Assembly (NCBI RefSeq): GCF_009914755.1
Contig: NC_060940.1
Origin: the human T2T-CHM13v2.0 reference genome, Homo sapiens
Length of the DNA: 64,000 bases
Strand: one strand, 5' to 3'
This document shows positions 40,071-55,130 of this stretch, piece after piece (the first letter of the stretch is position 1; each line of letters opens with the position of its first letter). Under the pieces are notes generated by a model, which saw only the letters and a program-made list of their open reading frames with translations, searched no databases and was not told the origin of the DNA. The position numbers and the translations under genes were made by a program.

Positions 40071-42889
40071 ATGATCAAGGAAGTAGGGCTTCCTGAGCAA
40101 GGCATCACATACTAACTAAAGAGTGTTAAAGAGCACTCAGATCCCAGATGCATGGACTTGGAAGTGCAGGCTGAGAAATCACTTGGATTCTGCTGAAGCT
40201 GGTACATAGAGTATCCTCTGTACTTCATCTGTCTGCTCATGTCCTCCCTGGTGAGTTCAACAACCCTGAAAAACTAGAATTGGCTCAATTTGACCAACTC
40301 AGCAATGCACAAGTACCAAGAGGGTTTTTTTTTCTCCTTTTTATTTAACTTTCAGGAAACCAACTTCAATGAGATTTTATAGTGTCTTGAAGCCTGGGGA
40401 CTCTCCTCCCCCAAATACTGTTGTCTTATAAACCCTCCTAAAAGTATAAAACAAAAATTGATGAATTCCAACAAATTGAGCTTCCTCATTAATAGCAGCC
40501 TGGTAGAAGATGCTGAGCACAATTCATTTCTAATGATTTAATTCTAATTAGTATTTATAGCTATAGTTTAATTCCAATAATGCACTATTAAATGAGTACA
40601 GAAATGTATTTATTGATTCATTCATGAATAGCACAACATCATATATTCAGATGCTGTTGAAATAGCTAGATATATACCCACACATTTTCTACATTTTTCT
40701 CACATTTTTTGATTATGATCCTTCTTTTTTACGTTTCATACTGTGATAATGAGTCTTTTAAATTGCTATTTGTAATAAATTTTGGGTAAGATTATTCACT
40801 TTTCTTTGTATTTTTTATTTTATGCTCTGAGTGCGGGTACCTACAGAGAGCTACAAATTGAAAGAAACAAACATTTCAGAGAAAACAGACCTCCAGAGCT
40901 TTAGAAAGAGCAAGGAATTGACAATTTGAAGGGCTTCAAGTATGCCAAGTAGCCATCATAACTCACTCCACATTTCGAAAGGGAAAAAGCAAATCAAGAT
41001 TTGAAAACTTTATAGTCTTTTGTTTAGTGAGAATGTGTTCATTGTGTGTTGGCTATAATTATTGTTAACATTCATTTTAAGAGCAACTTACTGATCTCTC
41101 ACTGAAATTCCTCATTTATAATGAGAAAAAATATTTCAACTCAGCTTAATAAATGAGGATTGGCAGAATTAAGTGAGCTATCCAATATCTTAAGCTTGTC
41201 AGTGGCAGAGCTGGGATGGGAGCACTATTGTGCCTCAACACTTCTACCAAGACTTTTTGCACTATGCTCTACACTCTTGAAGGACATACGTTAAGAATAA
41301 ATAACTATTGATGTTCGAAAGCAAAATTATGCCGTCATTCTTAGGGACAGTTTATTTGAGAGTCTGGTTTTATATAGAATCTGGGAATGTCAAAATTGAA
41401 AGGATGCTTAGAGGTCACATATTCATAGCTCTCAATTTCCTGAATTAGAAAACAATGTCTGGAGTGGAGAAAGCATTCAAATGCCACAGGGATTCTCTTT
41501 TTTCATCTCAAAATTACATGATTATTATTGTACTTTTTAAATTGAGAAGAAAGTTACTACACATCATGAGCAGAAATGAAATTTATAAGATGAACAACCA
41601 GAGATTCTACCAGTTCATGAATAAGGTGTGAGCCATCTGATCCAAGAGTTCTTTCTCTCTTCTTAGTTTAGTGTACTTTTAGCACAAAAGCATTGGTTCT
41701 GCTTGTTGCTTTTTTAATACTAGATTTTACCTACAATCTCATTATTGTATTTTTTAAGTGTAGTGCAGCTCTAACTTATTTAATTTTCTTTAAGCAAATA
41801 AACATAGTTTAAGATGGCTTACAGACATTCATATATCTTACAAAGATATCCTAAATGATCTAGAGTGGTAAGAAATACAAGGCAAAAGGAAAATCAAAGT
41901 TTATTTTTTGTAAAATCATTCTGAGTGTTGTACTTTGTTACTTTTCTTTGCCTTTTATAATGCATTTACACTTCTTATATAAGCTATTGGATGTATATTT
42001 TAAGCTACTGTATAATCATTCAACTTTTCAATCATAATTTTCTGAAATTTCACCGTTTTAAACAAAAAGATGATTCATGCTATTATTTATAGATTTTACT
42101 GTATTTCATCTTTAAAAAAAATAACACACAATGGTAATAATACCATTCTTGAAGCAAATGATTGAATGTGCTAATAATAGTAATAGTAAAAAGAATAGAT
42201 TTCATAGACTCAATTTTCTAGAACTAGTGATGAAGATTATTAATCATGATTAAGCAATGAATACTCACAATAATGCATAATTTAGAGTCCTGGTCTTTGC
42301 GATTTTAAGTTGCTCAAAAGTGCTCAAGAACATAGGTAAAATTCCTGGAAACAGAATTCCTGGAAATAAAAATAATATCCATCCAGCCATCCTTTTTTCC
42401 TGAAAATGAAATTTTTCATAAAACATATAAACTAGATGTTGTCTTTTTGTAAGTATTTTAGCAACATGTATGTATGTTAGATTGGAAAATAGAGTTCCAT
42501 TTGCTGAGTGAAGACCTCGGAAAGAAAAGGAAAGTATGATCAGTGGATATTTAGTGACCTAAAGAAAAGAGTGATCAATTGCTTCAGGAAAATAAAGAAT
42601 ACTCTCATATTTTCTCCATGTTCTTTTCATGGTAGCTTGGTGTAGTATCAATAGTATAGATTTGGCATCAGGCAGAACTGAGTATGCTAAGTGACACACT
42701 AGCATTCTTCCTGTTCCAGGAACATGCCAAGCTTGTCCCTGCCTCTGGGTCTTGCGCTTGGCAGTGGCTCTATTTTGAATGTGATTCCCTGTGACCTTTT
42801 CAAGCTTGACTCATTACTATGAAAAGTTCTGCTTAAATATTCTCCCTTTGTAGAGCTCTTACTGAACGAACCTCTCTGAGGTAGACTTC

Positions 42890-43426
42890 TATGATGGTTG
42901 ATATTGTCAACTTGATTGGATTGAAGGAGGCAAAGTATTGTTTCTGGGTGTGTCTGTGAGGGTGTTGCCAGAGGAGATTAACATTTGAGTCAGTGGACTG
43001 GGAGAGGAAGACCCACCCTCAATGAGGGTGGACTCAGTCCAATTGGCTGCCAGCATGGCTTCAAAACCTGGCAGAAGAAGGTGGAATAAGCTGGCTTGCT
43101 GTGTCTTCCGGTTTTCATCTTTCTCCGTGCTGGATACTTCCTGCCCTTGAATATCGGACTCCAGGTTCTTTGGCCTTTGGACTCTTGGACTCAAACCAGT
43201 GGTTTGCCAGGGGCGCTAGGGCCTTTGGCCACAGGCTGAAGGCTGCACTGTTGGCTTCCCTACTTTTGAGGCATTGGGAGTTGGACTGAGCCACTGTTGG
43301 CTGTCTTGCCTTCAGCTTGCAGGGATCACCATGTGATTGTGTGAGACAATTCAACTTAACAAACTCCTTTTCAGGTATACATATATCTCATTAGGTCTGT
43401 CCCTCTGGAGAGCCCTGACTAATACA
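42890..43426 (+). mobile_element. MLT2A2 solo LTR (HERV-L), inserted in an L2 relic
   Basis: tatgatggttgatattgtcaacttgattggattg ... ccctgactaataca. Perfect TSD ACTTC (42885-89, 43427-31). Confidence 0.9.
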
Positions 43427-44187
43427 ACTTCCTACATACTTTGTATCAGTCAACCCTGTAAATTTCCATTGCCTCCATAACATAAAATTAGAGAAATACC
43501 GGCAAATAGTTTGTGAAACACACTTTGAATAACTATATAAACATCAGCAATTTTCTCTGTGACATAAATGTATTAATACTGCTTCCAGTCATGTCTAACT
43601 TACCTTCATAAAGTAGCCTAGGTACTTAAATAATCTGCCTCATTATGTCTTAAAACACCTGAAAACTCTTTTAATTGTATTTTAAAAAGAAAGGTTTAAT
43701 GCAACTACCAGCAAGTCATTTTATGCAGCACCTGAACACCTAAGGTGGATCTAACAGACTAATGTGTACATTAATCCATGATATCACATAAGTAAAATGA
43801 AGTGGTGCATTTGCTATTTATGCTGGAAATCTGTGTGTAAACAATTCAATGTAAGTGCAGGTGATTGATCAATAAAACATCACTGATCAAGCTGGCTGCA
43901 TCTAAATTTTTGCTTAATCCTGCTGGTTTAATTTGGTTTGGTGGTTTTTTCCCCCCTTTCTGATGTTGTTTTCACCTGAGGTGGATAAATATATTATGCA
44001 CGGGAAAAACGAGCAACGTAAATTTAAATACCTGAAACAGGTGAGAAAGTTGTTCAGTTGCTTTCAAATATTGTGCTTCTGGTACCGAGAAACATAAAAA
44101 TAACTTCCCAACCACAGCCCCAGAGAAAAATTGTCTTTGCCACTTTAAAACAGTCCATCTCAAAAGAAGTTTGAGCCGATAGATTAA

Positions 44188-44585
<398 letters not shown>

Positions 44586-46009
44586 TAGAATAATACTGAA
44601 CAATAATCTTTTGTGCAGGGGAGAAAAGTGTAACATTTTAGTAAGTCAGGTGGCATTGACAGCTGAACAAACCATCAAATTAGTAATATATCTCATGGCA
44701 CGTGTCTACCACAACAGACTAGTTTGGATTTTTCCCTTCCATAATTAATAATTTGCATCTAAATATGATATCTCTTTTTTTATGTTGATGCCTTTTAAGG
44801 TTCAAAGTTGCTTCATGGTGCAGCGGGAAAATATTACTCAAAGAGAGAAAGTTAAGAGAGGAAGTCTGTCTTCTACACATTAGGATCCCTGTGTGTTTCA
44901 TCGTTTTTAATTTACTAATAACAAATATCAATACCTTTCTCTTTTATTTTTGAAAAGAAGTCTCCATAATTTAAAATTGAGAGGAAACAGGTAATTTGCA
45001 GACTTTTCTGTCTCTTGTCTGTTCTAGTGCTGCCCAACAGACTATTATGCTTCTATAAACCCAGGACCTAGTAAAATAATCTGAAAGCACAAATGCAAAT
45101 TGATTAAATGCAACAACAAATAAAATAAACACTGTTCTTTTACTTAATACATCATAGCAAGTGACACATAAAAATGTATGAATTCAGAATTTTTAAAACC
45201 TATATAAGGAAATTCTTATAAGAATTTAACTTTAGCCTAAGTGCTTATTATATGTGAAATGTGATCTTTATCTGCTGTGCAAAGCTTCTAGAATTAGCCA
45301 TTACTTCCGTTACTTGTTCTGCACTTAAGCAGTACTTTTTCCCTAAGTATTCACTTAGTTTTTCATCAGATTTTTTAGTTAATTTTAAAACACAACAGTT
45401 TTCTTTCTGTTAATGTGTCAGGTATTTTAACATTAACAAAACAATCACATTGAAACCATATACAGTGTTTAAAATATTATAAAAGCTAAATAAGTTTTAA
45501 TAAGAACATTTAATAGAATATTACAGAATCCTAACAATTATGTTTCCACAGGATTATAGAAATCTGAAAAATGCTTACATATAATATTACATGTACTAGA
45601 GATTTCAATATAATAAAAATAATATAATTGTACAAGTATATAAATATACAGAATATATAAATAGATACTGAGAGAAAGAGAGGAAGAAAGCAAGACAGAC
45701 AGAAGCGAGAGATGTGGTGGGGGATAGAGACAGATAAGACTGTAAATAAAATTAAAAAATCATTAAAAATTTTATGCTTGACATTATGGTGCAATTATTA
45801 CTTTAATAATAAAAATTAATATATTTAATTTTTGTACATTTAAACTTGTAAGTAATATGGACTAAATATATTTTTACAAGTAAAGTCAAGGGTGTTTCCA
45901 TTAATCTGATATTTTGTACAATGCCAATTATGTGTAACAATTCAAATAATGTTTACAATAATAAAACAATTAAAAATATTTTTAGGATAATTAATAATTT
46001 TAATAGACA

Positions 46010-46230
46010 ATATTTATCAATCATTTCTCATGCCAGGCATTGTGCTTTTGCTTACATCATATCATTTAATTTCCGTTACCCTCTGAGGTAGGTCTTGTTA
46101 TGATTCCTATCTTGCACATGACACCTGAAAAACAGTAATGTTAAACAACTTGTACAAAGTTACCCAGCTATGAAGTCCAGCCAGCCTTCCAGCCACAGCA
46201 TTCTTATTCCAGAATCCAAGCTTTAAACAC
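46010..46230 (-). mobile_element. MIR
   Basis: tgccaggcattgtgct...atttaat...ccctctgaggtagg...gttaaacaacttgtacaaagttacccagct. Confidence 0.7.
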
Positions 46231-46338
46231 TCCTCAGTATTGTCTTCTCAAATGCATTTTGTTCTACATCCCATTCCTTGTTGATTGCAATTTGGAATTT
46301 GAATTTTTTGTTGAGTATTCTGAAGCTCTGTATAGGAA

Positions 46339-46781
46339 TATTGTGGGATGAAATGTACCTCCTTGTCCCTCACCCCCCTCAAAGAAAGCCATTGAAATCC
46401 TAATCCTTGGTACCTAGGAATGTAATAGTATTTGGAAATAGGGTCTTTGCAGATGCGATTAAGTTCAGATGAAGTCTGACTGTATTAGGGTGGGCCATAA
46501 ATCCAATGACTGGTGTCCTTATAAGAAGACAGAGATTTAAAGACATAGAGGAATCACGGGGAAGAAGGCCAAGTGATAACAAAGACTGGGGTGATGCATT
46601 GAGAAACCAAGAAATGCCAATTGTTGGCAAACACCAGAAGCTAATCCACCAAAGCTATCAAAGACAGCATGCCTTGCTGACACTCGAATTTCAGGCTCTA
46701 ACTATGGTAGAATACATGTCTGTTATTGTTAGCTGCCCAATATATGGAAATTTGTTATGGCATCATGGAGAAGCTGAAACA
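46339..46781 (+). mobile_element. MLT1C-like LTR
   Basis: tatttggaaatagggtctttgcagatg...aatccaatgactggtgtccttataagaaga. Confidence 0.82.
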
Positions 46782-47666
46782 ATGAATTGTTGACCTGATA
46801 ACAATATCTGACTCTCGCATATGGGATAGGGATATGGGGTTAAAACTGTGCCATGCATTTGTTATTCAACAAAGATTCAGAAAGCATTTGGACAGCTTTG
46901 AGAGTCTCATATGACACATGAATTATAAAGAATAAGTTAGTTGTACTACTTAAATGATATGTCCCATCTTTTATCCAAAAAATATATATTACTAAGTGTT
47001 TAAATTTATCCTTGGTGATGTCACTCAAAACGATACACATATATATATAACTACAGATTAAAGAAACTATAGTAGGGTCAAGACGGAGCAAGAGGAAAAT
47101 AAGAAGGAGTTACCAGATGAAATGTTTGCATTTTAAGAAGAGAATGAAAGGGGGTTTGAGAAATCAGTAAAGGGACTTAGGAAGATAATGGAAAGATTTG
47201 GCAGTATCTTATAACTTGGCAAAGAAACCTTATCTTAAAATGGACAGTAAGAAACTCTGGAGTGATGGGGTGTACATCCTATGGCTGACCTCAAAAGACA
47301 ATTCCAAAGTCAAGTTGCAGATAACCAATCCACTCTGGAACCCAAGCTAATGATGGAGAAGAAAAAAATGAGTCATTGATGAAAAACAAAGTACTGGGAA
47401 GGAAAGTCTTTGAAATCAGTGATTTAAAATGTTGCTGAAAGTAGAAGAGACTGGATATATACATAGAAGTGTATGTACTCATAATTTTATTACTGGATCC
47501 TTTTGGCAGGGGCTGGCAGACTAAGATCTTACTTTATATGACTGAGTCATGCACAGATTGTGCTGATGGTGTTTAATATTTTGAGTAACCACAGGCTTTC
47601 CTTTTATAGCACTTTTAGTAATAAGCCTGGAAGCACTTTGATTTTATACATTTTTAGAATAGTTAC

Positions 47667-48681
<1,015 letters not shown>

Positions 48682-49217
48682 TTTTTGAGGTATATTGATA
48701 TACAAGAAACTGTATATATTTGAAGTATATAATTTAATGACTTTTGACATGTGTATACATCTGTGAAACTATCAACCTCAATCAAGGTAATGACTCTACT
48801 CATTACCTCCACTATTTTCTTCATTTTCCTCCTACTTCCCCTCCATTTTCTTTGTAGTAAGAACACTTAACATGAGATCTACCCTATTAGCACATTTTTA
48901 AGTACATATCATAGGATTGTTAATTATAGGCACAACGCTGTACAGCAGATCTCTAGAACTGGTTCACTTTGCCTAACTGAAACCTGATACCCATCTTATA
49001 GAAACCCCTCATTTCTTTCTCCCAGCCCCCACTCCCCGCCCCCGGTTCCTGGCAACCACCATTCTACTCTGTATGAGTTTCTATGAGATTGGCTATTTTA
49101 ATACCTTACATAAGTGGAGTTGTGCAGTATTTGTCGTTCTGTGACTGATTATTTCACTTGGCATGATGTCCTCCGCATTCATCTACGTTGCAACATAGGG
49201 CAAGATTTCTTCCTTTT

Positions 49218-49390
49218 TCATCTTTTTTTCCTTTTCCCTCCCTCCTTCCTTCCTTCCTTCCTTCCTTCCTCTATTAGACCAGTTCTTGTTATGTTGCCCA
49301 GGCTTGTCTTGAGCTCCTGGTCTCAAGCTATCCTCCCGCCTCAGCCTTCTGAGTAGCTGGAATTACACGCATATACCACTGTGCACAGCT
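49218..49390 (-). mobile_element. FLAM_A-like Alu monomer with (CCTT)n tail, inside L1MA
   Basis: atgttgcccaggcttgtcttgagctcctggtctcaagctatcctcccgcctcagcc. TSD-like tcttcctttt / tcttccatttt. Confidence 0.8.
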
Positions 49391-51329
49391 TCTTCCATTT
49401 TAAAGGCTGAGCAATATTCTATTGCACATATACACAGAATTTTCCTTATCCATTCATCCACTGATGGATATATAGGTTGTTTCCATATCTTGAATACTGT
49501 GAATAATGCTGCAGTGAACATGGGAGAGATGATATCTCTTCAAGATTCTGATTTTAATTCTTTTGGATATATACCCAGAAGTGCGATTGCTGGATCATAT
49601 GGTAGGTCACTTTTAATATTTTGAGGAGGTTCTGTTAGTGGCTAGACCACTTTACATTCCTCCTAACAGTGCACAGGGTACGCCAATTTCACCACATGCT
49701 TGCCAACAGTGTTATCTTTTGTTTTTGTTTTGTTTTGGTAATAGCTATCTTAACAGGTGTGAGGTGTTATTTCATTGTGGTTTTGATTTGTTTCCCCGGT
49801 GATTAGGGATATTGAGAAACTTTTCCTATTCCTGTTGGCTATTTGTATGTCTTCTTTAGAGAAGTGCTTATTCAAGCATTAACTCATTTTAATTAGATTA
49901 TTATCAATATTATTAATTGATTATTAATTTTTATTGAGTTGTATGAATTTTTCATATAGTTTGGACATTTTTCAGATATATGGTTTGCAATATTTTCTAC
50001 CATTTTGTAGGCTGCCATTTCACTCTGCTAATTTTTTTTCTGTACCAATGCTTCTTAGTTTGATACAGGCACCCCTGCCTATTTTTGCATTTGTTGCCTG
50101 TGCTTTTGGTGTCATATCCAAGATATAATTGCCAAGATCAATGCCAAGATTTTCCTCTATGTTTTCTTCTGTTTTATAGTTTCAGCTCTTATATTTAAAA
50201 CTTTAGTTGTTTTGAGTTTACTTTTTTTGTGCATGGTGTAAGATAAATTCTAATTGTATTCTCTTTCATGTAGATATCCAGTTTTTCCAACAGCATTTGT
50301 TGAAGAGACTATCCTTGCCCAATTGTATATCCTTGGCATCCTGTTCTAAGACCAGACAACCATGTATATGTGGGTTTATTTCTGGTCTTTCCATTCTGTT
50401 CCACTTGTCTATTTGTCCGTCTTTATACTGGTACTATACTGTTGTATTTATGCAGCTTTGGAATATATTTTGAAATCAGGAAGAGTGATGCCTCCAGGTT
50501 TGTCCTTCATTCTCCAGATTGCTTTGGCTGTTCTAGGTCTTTTGTGGTTCCATATACATTTTAGAATTTATTTTTCGTTTATGTAAAAAATGCCATTGGG
50601 ATTTTGATGAGGATTGCATTGAATCTATATATTGCTTTTAGTAGTGTGGACCTTTTAACAGTATTAAGTTTGCCAATCCGTGAAGGCATAATATTGTTTC
50701 ATTTATTTGTGTCTTTAATTTATCATTTGTACTTTTCAGTGTACAAATTTTTCTCCTTTTGGTTAAGTTTATTCTTAAGTTTCTCTGTGATATTATCGTG
50801 GTTGGGATTCTCTAAAATTTCCTTTTTGAATAGTTTGCTCTTAGTATGTGGAAACACAACTGATTTTTGTATATTAATTTTATATCCTGCAACTGTAGTA
50901 AATGAATTTTTTAGTTCTAACTTTTTTTGTGTGTGTGGAGTCCTTTGAGTTTTCTACATATAAGATTATGTCATCTGCAAATGGATAATTTTCCTTCTTG
51001 TTTTCTGATTTGTATACCATTTATTTATTCTTCTTGCCCAATTTGTCTGGCTAGGACTTCCAGTACTATATTGCATAGAAACAGCAAGAGTGAGCATCCT
51101 TGTCTTATTCCTGATCTTAGAGGAAAACTTTCGGTTTTTTTACTACTATGTATTAGCTATGGGCTTTTCATATGTGGCCTTTATTATGTTGAGGTATATT
51201 CCTTCCAAACCTAGTATCTTGAGGGTTTTTGTTATCATGAGTGTTGAATCTTGTGAAACACTTTTTCTTCATCTATTAAGGGATTATGTTCTGCTTATGC
51301 TTTATTCTGTGAATGTGGTGTAACATTGA

Positions 51330-51359
51330 ATATATATATAACCAAAAGAGAATAGTGGT

Positions 51360-51394
<35 letters not shown>

Positions 51395-51592
51395 ATATAT
51401 ATGTTCAATGTATATATATTCAATGTGTGTGCATATATATTCTATATATAAATATATGTATATATATTTGTCCACCACTACTCTCTTTGGTTATAATATA
51501 TATATTTGGTTACATATATATATGTGTATATATACACACACACACACACACACAGACGCACACGCACACACACACACATACATACTTATATG
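51330..51592. repeat. (TA)n/(CA)n patchwork with embedded inverted duplications
   Basis: Read directly. Detailed in findings. Confidence 0.85.
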
Positions 51593-53632
51593 TTGACCAC
51601 TACTCTCTTTTGGTTACCATTTGCATGGAATATCTTTTTACGTCCCTCCAATTTGACCTTATGTGTATCTTTAATTCTAAAGTGACTCTATTGTAGACAG
51701 AATATAGTTGGATCTTATCTTTTCCACCATCCAGCCACAATATGTATTTGACTGGGGAGTTTAATCCATTTGTGTTTAAATTATTTATTGATAGAGAAGA
51801 ACTTACTATTTCCATTTTGTTAAATTTTTTTCCTGTCTTTTAGCTCTTTTTCCCCTTTTATTTTTCTTTCTTGCTATCTTTCTTTGATAATCTCTGATTT
51901 CTTTCTCTTTTTCTTTCATGTATCTCTTATAGGTATTTCCTTTGTGGTTACCATGCAGCTTCCGTAAACCATCTTAAAACACTCTATTTCTAGCTCTGTA
52001 CAACTTACCTTTAATCCCATATGAAAACCAGACGCTTTTATTTTCCCTCATCCCATGTCTTATGTTTTTGATGTCACAATTTGTATCTTTTTATATTCTG
52101 TGTCCATTAGCAAATTACTGTAACTATAATTATTTTTAATACTTTTTTTAATCTTTATGAGTGATGTACACAGCACCATTACACTGTTAGAATATGCCCC
52201 TAGGCGTCTAAACTATGCCAATTTCATCAGCACTGCAAATGAGGCAAGATAGAAACTGGTCCCTTGGGCAGCACTCCAAAAGGCCAAGGGATGTTGGACA
52301 CAAACTCCTTTCATTCTCTCCAAGGGAGAAGTTTTGGGCTAAGATAATCTCTCAGAACTGAGCTGTGCCAGCTTATGGGAGAGGTTGACTTGAGTAAAGA
52401 GAAGTTCCTCTTCTTATCTATTTCAGTACCACTGTTATTAGCTCTGTGTGCACTGGGGGCATTGCAACCTCTTAACAGGGTGCTTGACTCCTTGTAAAGG
52501 TATTCTGGTGGTCTGTGTATCACTATTAAATTGTTATTTCTGCGGAGGGGACGAGGACTTTGACTTTCTATTCCACCATCTTGCTCTACCATTTCACCAT
52601 TCATGTTTTCATATTTAAATATTCTCATTACAAAACAATCATCAGAAAACATGGTTAGTCATTAATTTATGTTATTTTTTTGTTTGGATCTTTCAGGTAT
52701 TATCATCTGCTTATACATTTCTTATAAGTAAGCAACAGATTTGATCTTCTGAAGATAATTAAATAAATTTTGTTGATGCATTTAATTTAGTTTAGATGAA
52801 AAAATGGGTTTGCTTTACTCTGACTATGCTATATTTATAGTTCTTGACTTTCCCCCCTCTTGGGGCTAACCATCCACTTACAGTGTTAAAGCTGGGTCAA
52901 GCTCCTTTGTGGCTCTACACATGTACACATTTTATACCCACTACTTTGGAAGTCACTCTTTTCTTTCTCATTGCCTCCTCTCTCAAAATCTTCTACTCAT
53001 CAACTTCTGAATAGTCCTATCACAAGTAAAGAAACTGAATTAATAATTAAATATCTTCCTACAGACGAAAGCTCCAAGTCAGATGACTTCACTGGTGAGC
53101 TCTTTCAAATAAATAATAAATAATAATCCTTTACAAAATCTTTCAGGAAAAACACTTCCCTATTAGTACTATGAGGTCAGTATTACCCTGATACCAAATC
53201 CAGACAAAACCATCACCCTAAATTAAAAACCAATATTCCTAATGATATAAATGCAAAAATCTTTAACAAATGTGTACAAACAATAACAACTATGGTAGAG
53301 GATGTGAAGAAACAGAAACTTACATGCATTGCCGTTGGGGTTGTAAAATAATGCAGACATTATAAAAAATAGTTTGGGCAGTTTTTCCAAAAATAAGTTG
53401 AGTTCACCATGTGACTCAACAATCCTGCTCTTAGGATGTAACAAAGAGAATTAAAAATATATGTCCACACAATGACTTGTATGCAAGTATTCATAGCAGC
53501 AATATTCATAAGAGCCAAAAAGTGAAAACGACTCAAACATCAACTGATGATTGGATCAACAAAATGTTGTATGTTTATTCAATGAAATACGATATGACAA
53601 TATAAATGAATAAACCACCTATACATGCTACA

Positions 53633-54079
53633 TGTATTAGTCAGGGTTCTCTAGAGGGACAGAACTAATAGGATATGTATATTTATATATAAAGGGGAGT
53701 TTATTAAGGAGTATTAACTCACACGATCACAAGGTCCTACAGTAGGCTGTCTGCAAGCTGAGAAGCAAGGAAGCCAGTTTGAGTCCCAAAGCTGAAGAAC
53801 TTGGAGTCCCATGTTCAAAGGCAGGAAGCATGCAGCACGGAAAAATGATGTAGGCCAGAAGACAAAACCAATCTAGCCTTTCCACATTCTTCTGCCTGCT
53901 TTAATTCTGGCCATGCTGGCAGCTGATTAGATGGTGCCCACTCAGATTGTGGGTGGGTCTGCCTTTCCCAGTCCACTAAAAATGGTAATCCTGTTGGCAA
54001 CACCGTCATAGCCACACCCAGGAACAATACTTTGCATCCTTCAACCCAATCAAGTTGACACTCAATATTAACCATCACA
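53633..54079 (-). mobile_element. MLT2A1 solo LTR (HERV-L)
   Basis: 447 bp, lacking the roughly 100-bp internal block seen in the two MLT2A2 copies. Perfect TSD CTACA (53628-32, 54080-84). Confidence 0.92.
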
Positions 54080-54272
54080 CTACAATATGCATGATTTCAA
54101 AACCATGCTAAGTGAAAAATCCAGACATTAAAGACTACATATGTTATAAGTTAATTTACAAGAAATATCTGGAGAGCAAATAAGTGTTTGTCTGAGCCTG
54201 AGGGAGAGAAAAGAGATTGCAAAGGTCATCGGAAGATTTAAAGTATTATAAAACTTGATAGTTATAATTGCT

Positions 54273-54403
54273 TAACTCTATAAATATACTAAATTTCAAT
54301 GAATTATATACTTACATAACTCTATAAGTATACTAAATTTCAATGAATTATATACTTATATAACTCTATAAATGTACTAAATTTCAATGATTATATACTT
54401 ACA
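54273..54403. repeat. 44-bp tandem triplication
   Basis: taactctataaatatactaaatttcaatgaattatatacttaca at 54273, 54317 and 54361. Confidence 0.93.
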
Positions 54404-54974
54404 TAAGTTAATTTTATGATAACTTAAATTACACCCCAATAAAATGTATAAAACAATCTGCAAGAGATGAGGTCAGAAGGTGTAGATGAAACAATTTTAA
54501 AAATGGGCTGACAATTATTAAATCTAAGTGATGCCTATTATAGATTCGTTATACTATTCTCTCTACTGTTGTGTATGTTTGAAAATTTAACAAAATGTTA
54601 AAATAGGAAAATGATGACAGTAACCTTATGGCTTAGAAATATTCAGGACAAGATTAGTAGTTCTTGTGAAAGTTTCTTTAAAAGCTATAAGAAGAACATA
54701 ATTTTTCCAAATCTTTATTTTATTCTTCCAAAGCTGTGTTTTATATAACATAATTAAGTTTAAGTATTCAGACTCACGCAGAAAGCAAAATTTCATTGAT
54801 ATATTACATCATAGGCAAGTTACTTGTGGTTTTCCTGAAGCAAATATTTATATAGAACTTAGATAATTTTTTTAAGAAAAGTCAAAAAAGAGAATAAAAG
54901 CATTTGTGTCTTCTGGAAGTACAGGAATTAGAAAGTTTCATTTTTTTTAAGAATCTTTCTATCAATTATATTTT

Positions 54975-55130
54975 GTTCTCATTCTCTTTCTTTTCTCTCC
55001 TCTCTTTTCTTCTCTTTTCCTTCTTTTTTCCTTCCCTCCCATCCCATCCCTCCCTCCCTTCCCTCCTTCCCTGCCTTCCTCCCTCCTTCCCTCCTTTCCT
55101 TCCTTCCTTCCTTTCCTCCTTCCTTCCTTC
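54975..55130. repeat. (CCTT)n/(CCCT)n polypyrimidine tract
   Basis: Read directly. Confidence 0.9.

Larger units (their letters stand above)
48681..52588 (-). mobile_element. L1MA (about MA8/9), running from 3' UTR to 5' end with internal deletions
   Basis: L1MA 3' UTR at left, then ORF2 pieces. EN motif INNLNTNGLNSPVK in ORF 51600..51815. 5'-terminal YY1-type motif rc agcaagatggtggaa at 52571-52585. Confidence 0.85.
53000..54600 (+). mobile_element. Old L1M (MC/MD/ME-like) fragments
   Basis: ccagacaaa...aatgatataaatgcaaaaatctttaacaaa (ORF2) and tattcatagcagcaatattcataagagccaaaaagtg (3' region). Confidence 0.75.

Noticed and set aside
39522-43426. HERV-L provirus bounded by the two MLT2A2 LTRs
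   Set aside because: The LTRs are in opposite orientation, each has its own TSD, and the spacer shows no gag/pol similarity.
54273-54403. CRISPR-like 44-bp repeats
   Set aside because: Head-to-tail copies with no spacers, inside an L1.
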